A DNA stretch of 64,000 bases, taken from assembly GCA_964356225.1 (NCBI GenBank), contig CAYHGA010000001.1, forward strand, positions 29,573-93,572. Reading direction: 5' to 3'. The stretch comes from an uncultured Gammaproteobacteria bacterium (GTDB lineage: Bacteria; Patescibacteriota; Microgenomatia; CAZETR01; Amesbacteraceae). Below are positions 20,331 to 30,163 of the stretch, piece after piece. Every line of letters starts with the position of its first letter. The first letter of the stretch is position 1. Below the pieces are notes generated by a model that saw only the letters and a program-made list of their open reading frames with translations, ran no database searches and was not told the origin of the DNA. The translations under genes and the position numbers were made by a program.

Positions 20331-20750
20331 TCATGTTAATGGGTCAACAATTTTAATATCTCTCATAGGGAAATGCCTGGTATTGCAAGTAATGAGGGCT
20401 ATTTTTTTTATCCTGCAAGTCGCAGCGATCAAATAATCTATCAAATTACTATTAACACTTCGGTATCTATGCCAATATTCTCCCGCTAGTTTGGCTATCG
20501 TAAAATCTATGGGGATCTGATTATGCCACTTGAAAAAATGCCGGTTTGATGGTTCTTCTTCGGGAAAAGAATTTTTGTAAATTTCGCTAACGGTTAAAAC
20601 AGAAATAACTACGGACTGGTCATTCACTATTTTTGAAACGGCTTCAATTATCTTTTTATTTCCTCTGATTATCCAAATTGAAACATCTGAATCAAGCAAA
20701 AATCTACTTTTTGCTTTTGGTTTTGGCATAGGGAATATATGAGTAATCAC
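20331..20750 (-). CDS. PIN-domain VapC toxin
   Basis: LLDSDV, SVLTVSEI, DYLIAAT, LITCNTRHF. Confidence 0.9.
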   Translation of the reverse strand: MITHIFPMPKPKAKSRFLLDSDVSIWIIRGNKKIIEAVSKIVNDQSVVISVLTVSEIYKNSFPEEEPSNRHFFKWHNQIPIDFTIAKLAGEYWHRYRSVNSNLIDYLIAATCRIKKIALITCNTRHFPMRDIKIVDPLT

Positions 20751-21009
20751 GATTAGCCGCAGCCCGACCTTTGTTTACCCAATTTACAATATTTTCTATA
20801 TTTTCCCATCCGGGCCTACTTCTTATACCCAACACGCCGGTAAATTTTCTCAACGCGTCTGCGTAGGAAGTCTTTTTTCTTCCCAATTTCAACTGTTTGC
20901 TAACAGCCATGGCCACAAAACGACTTCTTTGTCTAGTGGATACCCGATCTTTTAAATCCAAATATAAATCCCAAGGTAATGTAAAATTTACTCTGGTCAT
21001 TGTTTGCAT
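20704..21009 (-). CDS. Putative RHH-type antitoxin
   Basis: RVNFTLP..RSRFVAMAV; overlaps vapC. Confidence 0.78.
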   Translation of the reverse strand: MQTMTRVNFTLPWDLYLDLKDRVSTRQRSRFVAMAVSKQLKLGRKKTSYADALRKFTGVLGIRSRPGWENIENIVNWVNKGRAAANRDYSYIPYAKTKSKK

Positions 21010-21010
21010 A

Positions 21011-21046
21011 TACACACTTTATATACCATCTCTACACACTTGTCAA
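21011..21046 (-). promoter_or_regulatory. vapBC promoter with direct-repeat operator
   Basis: TTGACA-17-TATAAA; TACACACTT at 21011 and 21033 (22-bp period). Confidence 0.75.
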
Positions 21047-22023
21047 TAAGTGGGCAGGAATTGTTTGAGATTATCGGCTGTAATGTAAAATTCCTTGCCT
21101 TTGCCTTCAACTATGAGTTTGGCGGTTTTTCTAACGATACCCTGAATCGTGCGCTCCAGAGTTCTAATGCCGGCGTCAAAACCTAAGGGGCGGACGATTT
21201 GGGGCCAGACGGCATCGTCAATTTTGAGAGCTGTTTCAGGAAGAGACGCGTTTTTAATTTCGATAGGCAAGACATAATTGCGGGCGATTTTGATTTTTTC
21301 CTCGTCGTTGTAAGACGGCATGGTCAGAGGCTCGAGGCGATCCATAACGGCCGTGGAAATATTAGTGGTGTTGTTGCAGGTAGCAATGAATAAAACCTGG
21401 GAAAGATCGAACGGATAATCGATGTAATGATCGGTAAAACCAGCGTTTTGTTCAGGGTCGAGAAGCTCGACTAAAACTCCCATAATTTCGGATCTGGTGG
21501 ATTCGGCTACCCGGTCGATTTCATCAAGTAGAATGACCGGATTTTTGGCTCCGGCCCGGCGGATATTTTTGATGATCTGACCCGGCTCGGCGTCGGGATA
21601 AGTGCGGGATTGACCACGCAATTCTAGAGCTGAGCCCATGCCGCCAAAAGGAATACGCACAAATTTGCGGCCCATGGCCTCGGCAATTGATTTGGCGAGA
21701 GTTGTTTTGCCGGTACCGACCAAGCCGACTAATAATAAAATCGGGGCATGGTAGATGAGGCTTTTTTGCTGATTTAAAATGAGAACGGAGAGATATTCTA
21801 AAATGCGCTGTTTCAAATCTTCTAATCCGTAATGATGCTGGTCAAGAATTTGCTTAGCGTGACCTAAATCCAGGATATCTTTAGTGGTTTTGTCCCAAGG
21901 AAGAGAGGTGATCCAGTCTATGTAGTGAGTGGTTTGTTCGGGATTGGTACCACGAGTCAAGATTTCTTCGGCTCTGGCACGGAGATCATCGGGTAACGTG
22001 GCAGATTTTAATTTGTCATCCAT
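21043..22023 (-). CDS. Lon-type AAA+ ATPase module, without N-domain or protease domain
   Basis: LDQHHYGLEDLKQRILEYL, GLVGTGKT, ILLDEID, LLDPEQN..F.DHY; ends before the Ser-Lys domain. Confidence 0.88.
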   Translation of the reverse strand: MDDKLKSATLPDDLRARAEEILTRGTNPEQTTHYIDWITSLPWDKTTKDILDLGHAKQILDQHHYGLEDLKQRILEYLSVLILNQQKSLIYHAPILLLVGLVGTGKTTLAKSIAEAMGRKFVRIPFGGMGSALELRGQSRTYPDAEPGQIIKNIRRAGAKNPVILLDEIDRVAESTRSEIMGVLVELLDPEQNAGFTDHYIDYPFDLSQVLFIATCNNTTNISTAVMDRLEPLTMPSYNDEEKIKIARNYVLPIEIKNASLPETALKIDDAVWPQIVRPLGFDAGIRTLERTIQGIVRKTAKLIVEGKGKEFYITADNLKQFLPTY

Positions 22024-22201
22024 TAGTTTAAGTATATCTCATGAGTGCCAATATTGTGGATCAATACTTCGGAATGAGATGAGCTTGCCCGGGATCTTCG
22101 GCGAAGCCGTTTAGCTCTTCTATTATCTCTAAGCGTAGGCTCTTTTCCAGTTTACGAAAATTTTTTTCAAATTGGGGAGAATAGTAAAATTTCTTAATCA
22201 T
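22023..22201 (-). pseudogene. RelE/YafQ-like toxin remnant with internal deletion/frameshift
   Basis: Frame 1 MIKKFYYSPQFEKNFRKLEKSLRLEIIEELNGFAEDPGQAHL (stop at 22061-22063); shifted frame SEVLIHNIGTHEIYLN*; start overlaps the antitoxin stop. Confidence 0.75.
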
Positions 22202-22472
22202 CTAAAAACTCGGAAAAATCGGTGGTAGATTTGAGCTTGCCTGCTTTAAAATCCACTTCAGTCTGTTTAATACCCTGTAACAGCTTCTCGTCTTCCAGCT
22301 CTTGGATCCTGTCGAGAATTTTTTGCAGTTTTCCGACGTTTAGCATAGCCACTTCCGGCTTGTTATTACGCATTACAACCACTGGCTGGTTTCCAGATTT
22401 GGCCAGGTTTAAAATCCTGGCAGAATCCCGTTGCAAATCGGAAGCAGAAACAAGAGTAGGAAGTATGTTCAT
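22194..22472 (-). CDS. Phd/YefM antitoxin
   Basis: VSASDLQRD..ILN..PVVVMRNNKPEVAML; TTGACA-17-TAATAT 6 nt before ATG. Confidence 0.87.
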   Translation of the reverse strand: MNILPTLVSASDLQRDSARILNLAKSGNQPVVVMRNNKPEVAMLNVGKLQKILDRIQELEDEKLLQGIKQTEVDFKAGKLKSTTDFSEFLDD

Positions 22473-22517
22473 ATATATATATTATCTTATGTATTAAACT
22501 ATGTCAAGAAGTATATA

Positions 22518-24656
22518 TCAAAAGCGGCGGCGGTCGTCACGACGTTGGGGAGCACGGAAAGGGCCGCGGTCGTCTCTGCGTGGACCGAAGTCCCGACGTG
22601 GAGCACGCTCTTCGCGGGCTTTGACCAGAGGTTGGCCGGCGGCATCAAAAAGCATAGAGAGATTGATACGATTTTGGGAGTCAATTTCAGTGACCCAGAC
22701 TCTAACTTTATCGCCTTCGTGAACGACAGTGTTGGGATCAGAGACAAAACCCTGGGCCATTTGAGAAACGTGGACCAGGCCGTCTTTGCCGGGGAGGATG
22801 TTTACGAACGCGCCAAAAGGCTGGATGCGGGCCACGGTGCCTTCATAGACTTCTCCGGGTTTGGCTTCTTGGCCTAAAGAGCCAATCCAGCCAATGGCGG
22901 AGCTGACTCCATCTTGATCGGTGCCGGAAACGAAAACTGAACCATTGTCGTTGACGTCGATAGTGACATTGAAGTCAGCCATGAGTTTTTTGATGACCTT
23001 GCCGCCCGGGCCAATGAGCTCGCCGATTTTGTCTACGGGAATGGTGACGACATGAATCTTGGGGGCATATGGGGATAATTCTTTTCTAGGTTCGGGAATG
23101 GCTTTGAGCATAGTAGAGAGGATAGCCATGCGGGCAACCCGGGTCCGTTTGAAAGTTTCTTCACAAATTTCCAGAGAAATCCCTGGGATTTTAACGTCCA
23201 GCTGGATAGCGGTAACGCCTTTTTCCGTGCCGGCCACTTTGAAATCCATATCTCCATAATGATCTTCGCCGCCATTGATATCAGTGAGAAGAACGTATTT
23301 ATCTGCCTCTTGTATCAAACCTGTGGAAATTCCGGAGACGGGGGCCAAAAGCGGAACACCGGCATCCATGAGAGATAAAGTGGATCCACAGGTGCTGGCC
23401 ATAGAGGTGGAGCCATTGGAACTCATAATTTCAGAGACAACCCGAATAGCGTAAGGGAAATCAGTTTCAGTGGGAATAACCGGGGCCAGGGCCCTTTCGG
23501 CTAAAGCTCCATGACCTATTTCCCGGCGGCCGGGTGAGCCCATGCGGCCAGTTTCTCCGGTGGAAAACGGAGGAAAATTGTAGTGGTGCATGTAACGCTT
23601 GGTTTCCTCGCCTTCGGCGGATTCTAGAGATTGAGACAAAGAGGGAGCTCCCAGGGTGGTGACGGTTAGGGCTTGAGTTTCTCCACGCTGAAAAATAGCG
23701 GAGCCATGGACCCGGGGCAAGACTCCGACTTCGGCTGAGAGGGGGCGGATTTCATCCAGTTTACGGCCGTCGGCCCGCTTGCCGGCCAGAATATTTTTGC
23801 GGAAAGTTTGGGAGAATAATTCTTCGACAATTTCTTTGACTTCAGCCTGATCTTTGGAGTCAAAACTGGAAACAAGGGGTTCTATTTCAGTTTCATCTTT
23901 TAAGTCTTTGGCAGCTTTTTGGACAGCGGAAAGCAGTTCCGGATTATGATCTTTAGAGGGGACGGGGATTTTGGCGTGCCCAACTTCTTTAACCAGATCG
24001 TTAATGAGGGCGATAATTTTTTTGTTCTCTGCAAACCCGATTTTTAGAGCTTCTAAAACTGTTTCCTCCGGAACTTGGTTGGCGCCGGCTTCGATCATGG
24101 GGATGACAGATTCTGAACTGGCGATAACCAAGTCCAGGTCCGCACCGAAGCGGTTTCCATTTTCTGGATTAATCACTAATTTGCCGTCGATTAGGCCCAT
24201 ACGAACTGCGGCTACGGGGCCGTTCCAGGGAATGGGAGAGATGGCTAAAACGGCGGAGGTGGCAATGAGACCTAAAACGTCAGCGTCGTTGGCAGTATCC
24301 ACAGAGAGAACGGTAATAACTACCTGGGCTTCATTTTTAAGGTTTTTTGGGAAAAGCGGGCGGATGGAGCGGTCGATAAGCCGAGCCGATAGAACTTCGG
24401 CGTCGGTAGGACGACCTTCACGTTTGACCCAACGGGAACCTTTGATGCGGCCCCCGGCATATAAACGTTCCTGGTATTCGACAGACAAAGGAAAATAATC
24501 TTTTTTAAGGTCTTCTTTACCGAGGACCACTGTGGCCAAAAGTGTAGTGTCGCCGTAACGGGCAAAAACGGCCGATGTAGCCCGGGCGGCAAAACGGCCG
24601 ACTTCCAGGGTAAGCGTGCGTCCGGCTAATTCTAAAGTTTTACTGACTAATTTCAT
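22518..24656 (-). CDS. pnp: Polyribonucleotide nucleotidyltransferase
   Basis: RLIDRSIRPLF, RREIGHG, SNGSTSMAS, DMDFKVAGT, KH and S1 domains. Confidence 0.98.
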   Translation of the reverse strand: MKLVSKTLELAGRTLTLEVGRFAARATSAVFARYGDTTLLATVVLGKEDLKKDYFPLSVEYQERLYAGGRIKGSRWVKREGRPTDAEVLSARLIDRSIRPLFPKNLKNEAQVVITVLSVDTANDADVLGLIATSAVLAISPIPWNGPVAAVRMGLIDGKLVINPENGNRFGADLDLVIASSESVIPMIEAGANQVPEETVLEALKIGFAENKKIIALINDLVKEVGHAKIPVPSKDHNPELLSAVQKAAKDLKDETEIEPLVSSFDSKDQAEVKEIVEELFSQTFRKNILAGKRADGRKLDEIRPLSAEVGVLPRVHGSAIFQRGETQALTVTTLGAPSLSQSLESAEGEETKRYMHHYNFPPFSTGETGRMGSPGRREIGHGALAERALAPVIPTETDFPYAIRVVSEIMSSNGSTSMASTCGSTLSLMDAGVPLLAPVSGISTGLIQEADKYVLLTDINGGEDHYGDMDFKVAGTEKGVTAIQLDVKIPGISLEICEETFKRTRVARMAILSTMLKAIPEPRKELSPYAPKIHVVTIPVDKIGELIGPGGKVIKKLMADFNVTIDVNDNGSVFVSGTDQDGVSSAIGWIGSLGQEAKPGEVYEGTVARIQPFGAFVNILPGKDGLVHVSQMAQGFVSDPNTVVHEGDKVRVWVTEIDSQNRINLSMLFDAAGQPLVKAREERAPRRDFGPRRDDRGPFRAPQRRDDRRRF

Positions 24657-24720
24657 GTACTCTTATTCAATCAAGAAGTCTGAAGAAGAGGGTCACTTCT
24701 CTTCGCACCTCTCGATTGAT

Positions 24721-24990
24721 TTATTTTGTTAAACCTAACTTTTTAACCAGGTCATTATACCTTTTAATATCTTTCCTCTGCAAGTAGAACAATAACCGGC
24801 GGCGTTTGTTGACCATGGATAAGAGGCCGCGGCGGGAATGCTCGTCCTTTTTGTGGGCCTGCAAATGTTCGGTAAGTTTACTGATTTTTTCAGTCAGCAG
24901 GGCGGCCTGGACTTCGGGAGAACCGGTGTCCCCTTTGCCCTGGGCAAATTTCTTGATGACGTCTACTTTTGATTTGGGATCTAGTGCCAT
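24721..24990 (-). CDS. rpsO: 30S ribosomal protein S15
   Basis: [18 protein letters not shown]. Confidence 0.98.
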   Translation of the reverse strand: MALDPKSKVDVIKKFAQGKGDTGSPEVQAALLTEKISKLTEHLQAHKKDEHSRRGLLSMVNKRRRLLFYLQRKDIKRYNDLVKKLGLTK

Positions 24991-25032
24991 ATTTGCGAAT
25001 TTCTAATTGACCTAATTTCCAAAAACTAAATA

Positions 25033-25108
25033 ATAAGAGATAGGGCGAGTGCGAGTCCGATGAACTTCGGACAAACCTCCGTTAATGTCTCTTAGTGCCT
25101 GCAGTATA
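25033..25108 (-). promoter_or_regulatory. Candidate structured rpsO leader
   Basis: TG-TATACT, then TAAGAGA...TCTCTTA enclosing GTCCGA-AGTTCA-TCGGAC. Confidence 0.55.
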
Positions 25109-25271
25109 CCATACTGTCTATTCTATTCGGAAGGGGGATTTTGGGATGGAACGTAACACACCCACGGGTTCTGATTATCGTTGGTTGAATACGAATTTGT
25201 TATAGTATTTGTTACTTGACTCACCAACAATAAAACTGTTTAATTAACTCAACCAAATAAAACCCAAATTT

Positions 25272-26135
25272 ATGCTTCAACCAAGAACATCAAACGTTGT
25301 AAATTCGCAGTGCCGTCATAAAAAATACGGAATTGAACAGTTTCTTAATGAGGTGATAGAAGGTGACTGTCTAGATGTGATGGTCGGTATTCCTGATAAA
25401 TCAGTAGACATGATTCTTTGTGATCTCCCATACGGTACAACCCAGAACCAGTGGGATAGTGTTATTCCGTTGGATGAACTATGGGAGCAATACGAAAGAA
25501 TAATAAAAGATAAGGGAGTAATTGTGTTAACATCGCAGGGAATATTTACTGCAAAGCTAATTTTAAGCAACGAAAAGCTCTTCCGATATAAAATCGTTTG
25601 GGAAAAATCGAAACCAACGAACTTCCTAAACGCAAAAAAGCAACCATTGAGAGCCCATGAAGATATATGTATCTTTTACAAGAATCATAAAAACCAACCA
25701 ACATACAATCCGCAGATGAGTAGTGGGACTCCCTATAACAAAGGGACTAGAAAAAATCAACATAGCGGTAGCTACGGGAACTTTGACCCAGTAGTGGTCA
25801 AGAGTGATGGACAAAGGTATCCTCTCGACGTTGTTTACTTCAAAACCGCCGAAAGTGAAGGTCGTATATATCACCCCACTCAAAAACCTGTGGAGTTGGC
25901 TCGCTATCTAATAAGAACATATACAAACGAAGGAGATACTGTCTTAGATAACACTTGCGGAAGTGGGAGTTTTCTTGTTGCTGCCGTGCTTGAAAAAAGG
26001 TCTTTTATAGGTGTAGAAAAAAATGAAGAGACAATATTGCATAAAGAAAAGAAAATAGATCTTATAGAAGTCTGCAACGCGCGAATAAAAGAAGCTCAAA
26101 ATTCTATGGAAAGTATGTTGCCTATATTCCTTTAA
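25272..26135 (+). CDS. Amino (N4-C/N6-A) DNA methyltransferase, beta class
   Basis: Motif IV DLPY precedes HPTQKP and motif I VLDNTCGSGS. Confidence 0.92.
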   Translation: MLQPRTSNVVNSQCRHKKYGIEQFLNEVIEGDCLDVMVGIPDKSVDMILCDLPYGTTQNQWDSVIPLDELWEQYERIIKDKGVIVLTSQGIFTAKLILSNEKLFRYKIVWEKSKPTNFLNAKKQPLRAHEDICIFYKNHKNQPTYNPQMSSGTPYNKGTRKNQHSGSYGNFDPVVVKSDGQRYPLDVVYFKTAESEGRIYHPTQKPVELARYLIRTYTNEGDTVLDNTCGSGSFLVAAVLEKRSFIGVEKNEETILHKEKKIDLIEVCNARIKEAQNSMESMLPIFL

Positions 26136-27042
26136 AATCTTCCCTCGGTAAAATTTTTTGAACCTTTTCTAAAACTGTGTCATCTACTTTATTTTTCTCC
26201 TTTAACCACACAAGAACGTGGCGATATTGATTAGGATGTAGAAATGGCTTAATAACTGTCTCTACTTCGAGCTCTTTCCTAACATATTTCAAATGCTCTT
26301 CTTTAAGTAAACCTCTACCGATTAAATCGTAAATTATTCTAACGGCGTCAACAGAAGTTAGATTAAGACCTCCTAATCGTTTTTCGTCCTGACCTACGTC
26401 TTCCTTCGTTAATTCAAATAACTCTTCCACGGCACTGATCCCGTTGAGGTTTTTATTATAAAACTCTATCTCCTGTCCTCTGTACGGAAACCATCCAGAA
26501 ATACCCCGTTCAGTCAAAGATCCACGAGGGAGGTAAACCCCTTCCCTTTTCGCTCTTCCTTTAGAAACCCAACCACATACATAAAGCTTCCATTTTCTCT
26601 GCCTCGACGTGCCAGGCAACGTTCCAGGCTTGGGCCTTTCTAGATGAGTCATCAAGTAAATATCAGTATCTAGTCGGTTGTCAAATACCTGTCTTGCAAA
26701 GAGGTTGTGTTTTGCTTCTCTAGGGATTCCATCGCTACTTGTGTATTTCTCCAAAAAGGGCTTTTCTCCACCTCTGCACTTAACGTCAATCTTTATACCG
26801 TTTGGTGTAAATATGTCATAAGCAAGAGATTGATTTTTATCTTTTTCAACTTTCAACCCTAACTCTTTTCTTATTACCATTTCCGTTAACAACCCATATC
26901 CTTGCTGGTCTTCAGAACCCCGTTCTGCCCCAGACATATTCTTATTTTTCTGAAGGTGTTTATAGGCCTCATTTCTTAATTCAAAACCGCTACTACCAGA
27001 AAGGTCGATTGCGAAAGGTGTAGGCCAACGGTATTTGTACAT
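26122..27042 (-). CDS. Putative type II restriction endonuclease
   Basis: Convergent with and overlapping the MTase; PD-(D/E)xK-like E...YDI..IKIDVK. Confidence 0.65.
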   Translation of the reverse strand: MYKYRWPTPFAIDLSGSSGFELRNEAYKHLQKNKNMSGAERGSEDQQGYGLLTEMVIRKELGLKVEKDKNQSLAYDIFTPNGIKIDVKCRGGEKPFLEKYTSSDGIPREAKHNLFARQVFDNRLDTDIYLMTHLERPKPGTLPGTSRQRKWKLYVCGWVSKGRAKREGVYLPRGSLTERGISGWFPYRGQEIEFYNKNLNGISAVEELFELTKEDVGQDEKRLGGLNLTSVDAVRIIYDLIGRGLLKEEHLKYVRKELEVETVIKPFLHPNQYRHVLVWLKEKNKVDDTVLEKVQKILPREDFKGI

Positions 27043-27064
27043 TTGGTCTTTTTATTCTAACAGA

Positions 27065-27808
27065 TTACGAAACTGTGGTGCCGGAAAAGACTTTGGGAGT
27101 ATACCAGTCGGGTTGAGGTGGTTGGTCGTTAGTCATTGGCTGTTGGTCGCTGGCTGGAGGAGTGTAGACGTCGTGGCGGCGGGCACCGTGGCGCATGAGA
27201 GCGGCAGCAATTTCAAAAGTATCGGCGGTGACGTTGGTTGTAAAATTGGAGGTGGATTTTTCTATGCCGGCTAAAAGATTTGAGGCTGCGTCGTTGGAAA
27301 TGGGGAGTTTGAGGGTTTCAAGAAGACGAGCTGTTTCCTGTGAAGTGCTCAAAGAAAATTGCTTGGATTGGGCAAAAACTTCCGGAATTTCTGCGCCTCC
27401 AACTGGAATTATGAGATCGGCTTGAGCGCCTCCTGAAATGAAATTCAATTTACGGTGGTCAATGCCCGGAGTGTTGGGTTTGGGAGTGACCACCAGATTC
27501 AATTCTCCCCGATCGTCAATATGATAACTGACTTTATCGACAATTTCGGTTTGGCCGGGGAAAGTGATAACCAGATTGCGGCTGCCAAAATTGGAAATAA
27601 CCGTATCCGCCCCAACCAGACGATGAAATTCTACTGTCATGGAGTCGGGGCAGGTGACCAGGGCGGGTTTGCCAAATTGGTCTAAGGAAAGTTTGAGGGA
27701 GAGGGCGGCGGCCACAGCGTCTAATTCCGGATTTTTGGGGAGAAGAATGGCCACCGAATGAGCAGAATCCAGCAGGCTTTTGAATTGATTGGTATCAACT
27801 GGCGCCAT
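27065..27808 (-). CDS. Degenerate DHH/NrnA-like protein
   Basis: P..D..AA.L.L start and AASNLLAGI..T.NF; DHH motif absent; downstream of infB. Confidence 0.7.
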   Translation of the reverse strand: MAPVDTNQFKSLLDSAHSVAILLPKNPELDAVAAALSLKLSLDQFGKPALVTCPDSMTVEFHRLVGADTVISNFGSRNLVITFPGQTEIVDKVSYHIDDRGELNLVVTPKPNTPGIDHRKLNFISGGAQADLIIPVGGAEIPEVFAQSKQFSLSTSQETARLLETLKLPISNDAASNLLAGIEKSTSNFTTNVTADTFEIAAALMRHGARRHDVYTPPASDQQPMTNDQPPQPDWYTPKVFSGTTVS

Positions 27809-29153
27809 GTATAGTGACGGCAATTATAGTATCGCCAATCTTGAAGTCAACAGGAGGAAAGAAAACGGCTCCGAATTCCTGACCGGTTTTGATTTTTTCA
27901 ACTTCGGTTTTGCCGACTTTAAGTGATTTAATTTTAGTAATTTTATCAACCACCCGAATCGAATCGGTCTTGAGTATCTCCCCTTCTATACATTTGCTAC
28001 CAGCTACCTGGAGGTTGCCTATTTTAAACTCGGCCAGAATTTGGGCTCGGCCGGTAATAGTTTCAGTTCCGGGAGAATGGATTAATTTTTCAACAGCGTC
28101 TAACAATTCGTAAATAATTTTAAAATTGCGGATGATAATTTTCTCGGTTTCGGCTAATTTGGCGACGCTCCCAGGAATTTTGACGCTGAAACCCACCAGA
28201 TGAGCGTTGATGGACTGAGCCATTGAGACGTCCGACTCGGTGATGTCTCCCGTGCTGGAGAAAACAACTTCGATTTCAGCAGGCAAAGCAGCCAAAACTG
28301 CTTCGAGGGAACCGAGAGTGTCGGCCTTGAGAATGAGTTTGACTTCTCCGGGTACCTCACCCTTTCGTCCCTCTCCTAATTTCTCGCTAGCTCGTGGCTG
28401 TGCCGCAGGAGAGGGAAATAGTATGGAACCGACGGGGATGACGGAGGTGAGGCCCAGTATTTCAACTGGGGTAGAAGGCAAGGCAGGATCGACGGACAGA
28501 GCTTTGGCCTTGCCGACTAATTTATCTAAAAATAATTCCTGACCGGTTTTCAGAGTGCCGTTTTTGACGATAACGACGGCCAGAGGACCGCGACGGGTAT
28601 CAAGGTGAGACTCTAAAACCACGGCCTCGAGAGGAGCGGAGGGATCGGAAGTTGGAGGTTGGAGGCTAGAAACCAAATTAATCATCTCCAAAAGTTCCGG
28701 GAGGCCGGCGCCGGTTTTGGCAGATACGGGTACTACGGGCACGTCTCCTCCGAAACCCTCAACTAAAACTTCATTTTCGGCTAATTGGGATTTGATGGTA
28801 TCTATGGAGGCGCCGGGAAGGTCCATTTTATTAATGGCGACTATCATAGGAATGCTTGCGGCTTTGATAGTGGCAATGGATTCCTTAGTTTGGGGCATGA
28901 CTCCATCTACGGCAGAAACTACCAAGATAGCAATATCAGCAATATCGGCTCCCCGGCTGCGCATCTGAGAAAAAGCAGCATGCCCAGGCGTATCAATAAA
29001 TGTAATATTGTTTACTTGAAAAGCTCTGGTGCTTTGAGTTATGCCACCGACCTCATGGGCGGCAACATCGGATTTACGTAGAGCGTCAAGAAGGGAAGTT
29101 TTGCCATGGTCTACATGGCCCAAAATGACGACGATCGGTGGTCTGTTTTGCAT
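27795..29153 (-). CDS. infB: Translation initiation factor IF-2 (short)
   Basis: [36 protein letters not shown]; ATG 29153 right after the nusA stop. Confidence 0.97.
   Translation of the reverse strand: MQNRPPIVVILGHVDHGKTSLLDALRKSDVAAHEVGGITQSTRAFQVNNITFIDTPGHAAFSQMRSRGADIADIAILVVSAVDGVMPQTKESIATIKAASIPMIVAINKMDLPGASIDTIKSQLAENEVLVEGFGGDVPVVPVSAKTGAGLPELLEMINLVSSLQPPTSDPSAPLEAVVLESHLDTRRGPLAVVIVKNGTLKTGQELFLDKLVGKAKALSVDPALPSTPVEILGLTSVIPVGSILFPSPAAQPRASEKLGEGRKGEVPGEVKLILKADTLGSLEAVLAALPAEIEVVFSSTGDITESDVSMAQSINAHLVGFSVKIPGSVAKLAETEKIIIRNFKIIYELLDAVEKLIHSPGTETITGRAQILAEFKIGNLQVAGSKCIEGEILKTDSIRVVDKITKIKSLKVGKTEVEKIKTGQEFGAVFFPPVDFKIGDTIIAVTIHGAS
28356..28416. repeat. REP-like palindrome type A inserted in frame in infB
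   Basis: CTCACCC...TCCCTCTCCT (28368-77)...AGGAGAGGGA (28407-16). Confidence 0.7.
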
Positions 29154-29154
29154 T

Positions 29155-30147
29155 TCATTCTTTCTTTTCGGAGGTGCCTTTTTCACCAACGATATCGATA
29201 TGATATCCGGTAAGCTTGCCGGCCAGTTTGGCGTTTTGACCTTCACGGCCAATGGCGAGAGATAGTTGGTCGGCAGGAGCCGTGACAACTGCTTCGGCTT
29301 TTTTGGCATTGATTTTGACTGTCAGGCCAGTGGCTGGAGAGAGAGCGGAAGCGATAAATTTATCCGTTTCTTCACTAAATTGGATAATGTCGATTTTTTC
29401 GCCGTTGAGCTCACCGATGACAGCCTGAACCCGGACCCCTTTTTGGCCCACGCAAGAACCAACCGGGTCGACGCCGGACTGATGAGAGTAAACGGCAATT
29501 TTAGTGCGGGATCCGGGGTCACGGGCAATAACTTTGACTTCTACAGCTCCGGAATTAACTTCGGGGACTTCCCTTTTGAAAAGTTCTTTGATGAGGCCGG
29601 TGTTGGCCCGGGAAACAATCACTTCCCGACCGCGCAAAGAGTCACGGATGGAATCCAGGTAGAAAGTTAAACGCTGGTTGATGTGATAGTCTTCGGAATA
29701 GACTTGTTCGGCAGGAGGCATAACCGCTTCGGTTTTGCCAATGTCTACAATAATATCGTTACCGACGAAGCGGAGGATCATACCATTGACCAAAGCGCCC
29801 AGGCGTTTTTCGTATTCGGCAACTGTAGCTGATTTTTCGGCTTCGCGGATTTTTTGGAGAATAACCTGCTTAGCGGTTTGGGCAGCAATGCGGCCAAAGC
29901 CGGGAGGCGTGATATCGGTTTTCTTCTTGTTATCAATTACGTAAACCTTGGCTTCTCCGGATTGGGAATTGAGGTCCACGTCGTAAGTTTTGGTCTCGTC
30001 GTACTGACCAGGGTGATCTTTCCTGAAAGCGGCGATAATGGCTTGTTTAATGGTATCCAAAACCACTTCCGGGTCCAGGTTGCGTTCGTGCGCCACCTGA
30101 TTTAAAGCGGAAGCAAATTCAGTTCTTGCTTGTAAAACTTTGGCCAT
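29155..30147 (-). CDS. nusA: Transcription factor NusA
   Basis: [34 protein letters not shown]. Confidence 0.98.
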   Translation of the reverse strand: MAKVLQARTEFASALNQVAHERNLDPEVVLDTIKQAIIAAFRKDHPGQYDETKTYDVDLNSQSGEAKVYVIDNKKKTDITPPGFGRIAAQTAKQVILQKIREAEKSATVAEYEKRLGALVNGMILRFVGNDIIVDIGKTEAVMPPAEQVYSEDYHINQRLTFYLDSIRDSLRGREVIVSRANTGLIKELFKREVPEVNSGAVEVKVIARDPGSRTKIAVYSHQSGVDPVGSCVGQKGVRVQAVIGELNGEKIDIIQFSEETDKFIASALSPATGLTVKINAKKAEAVVTAPADQLSLAIGREGQNAKLAGKLTGYHIDIVGEKGTSEKKE

Positions 30148-30163
30148 ATAGTGGCCAATTTTA

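Noticed and set aside
22043-22051. Possible CIRCE half-site (TTGGCACTC) upstream of the lon-like gene
   Set aside because: No second arm at 9-nt spacing, and the sequence is explained by the I-G-T-H codons of the toxin remnant
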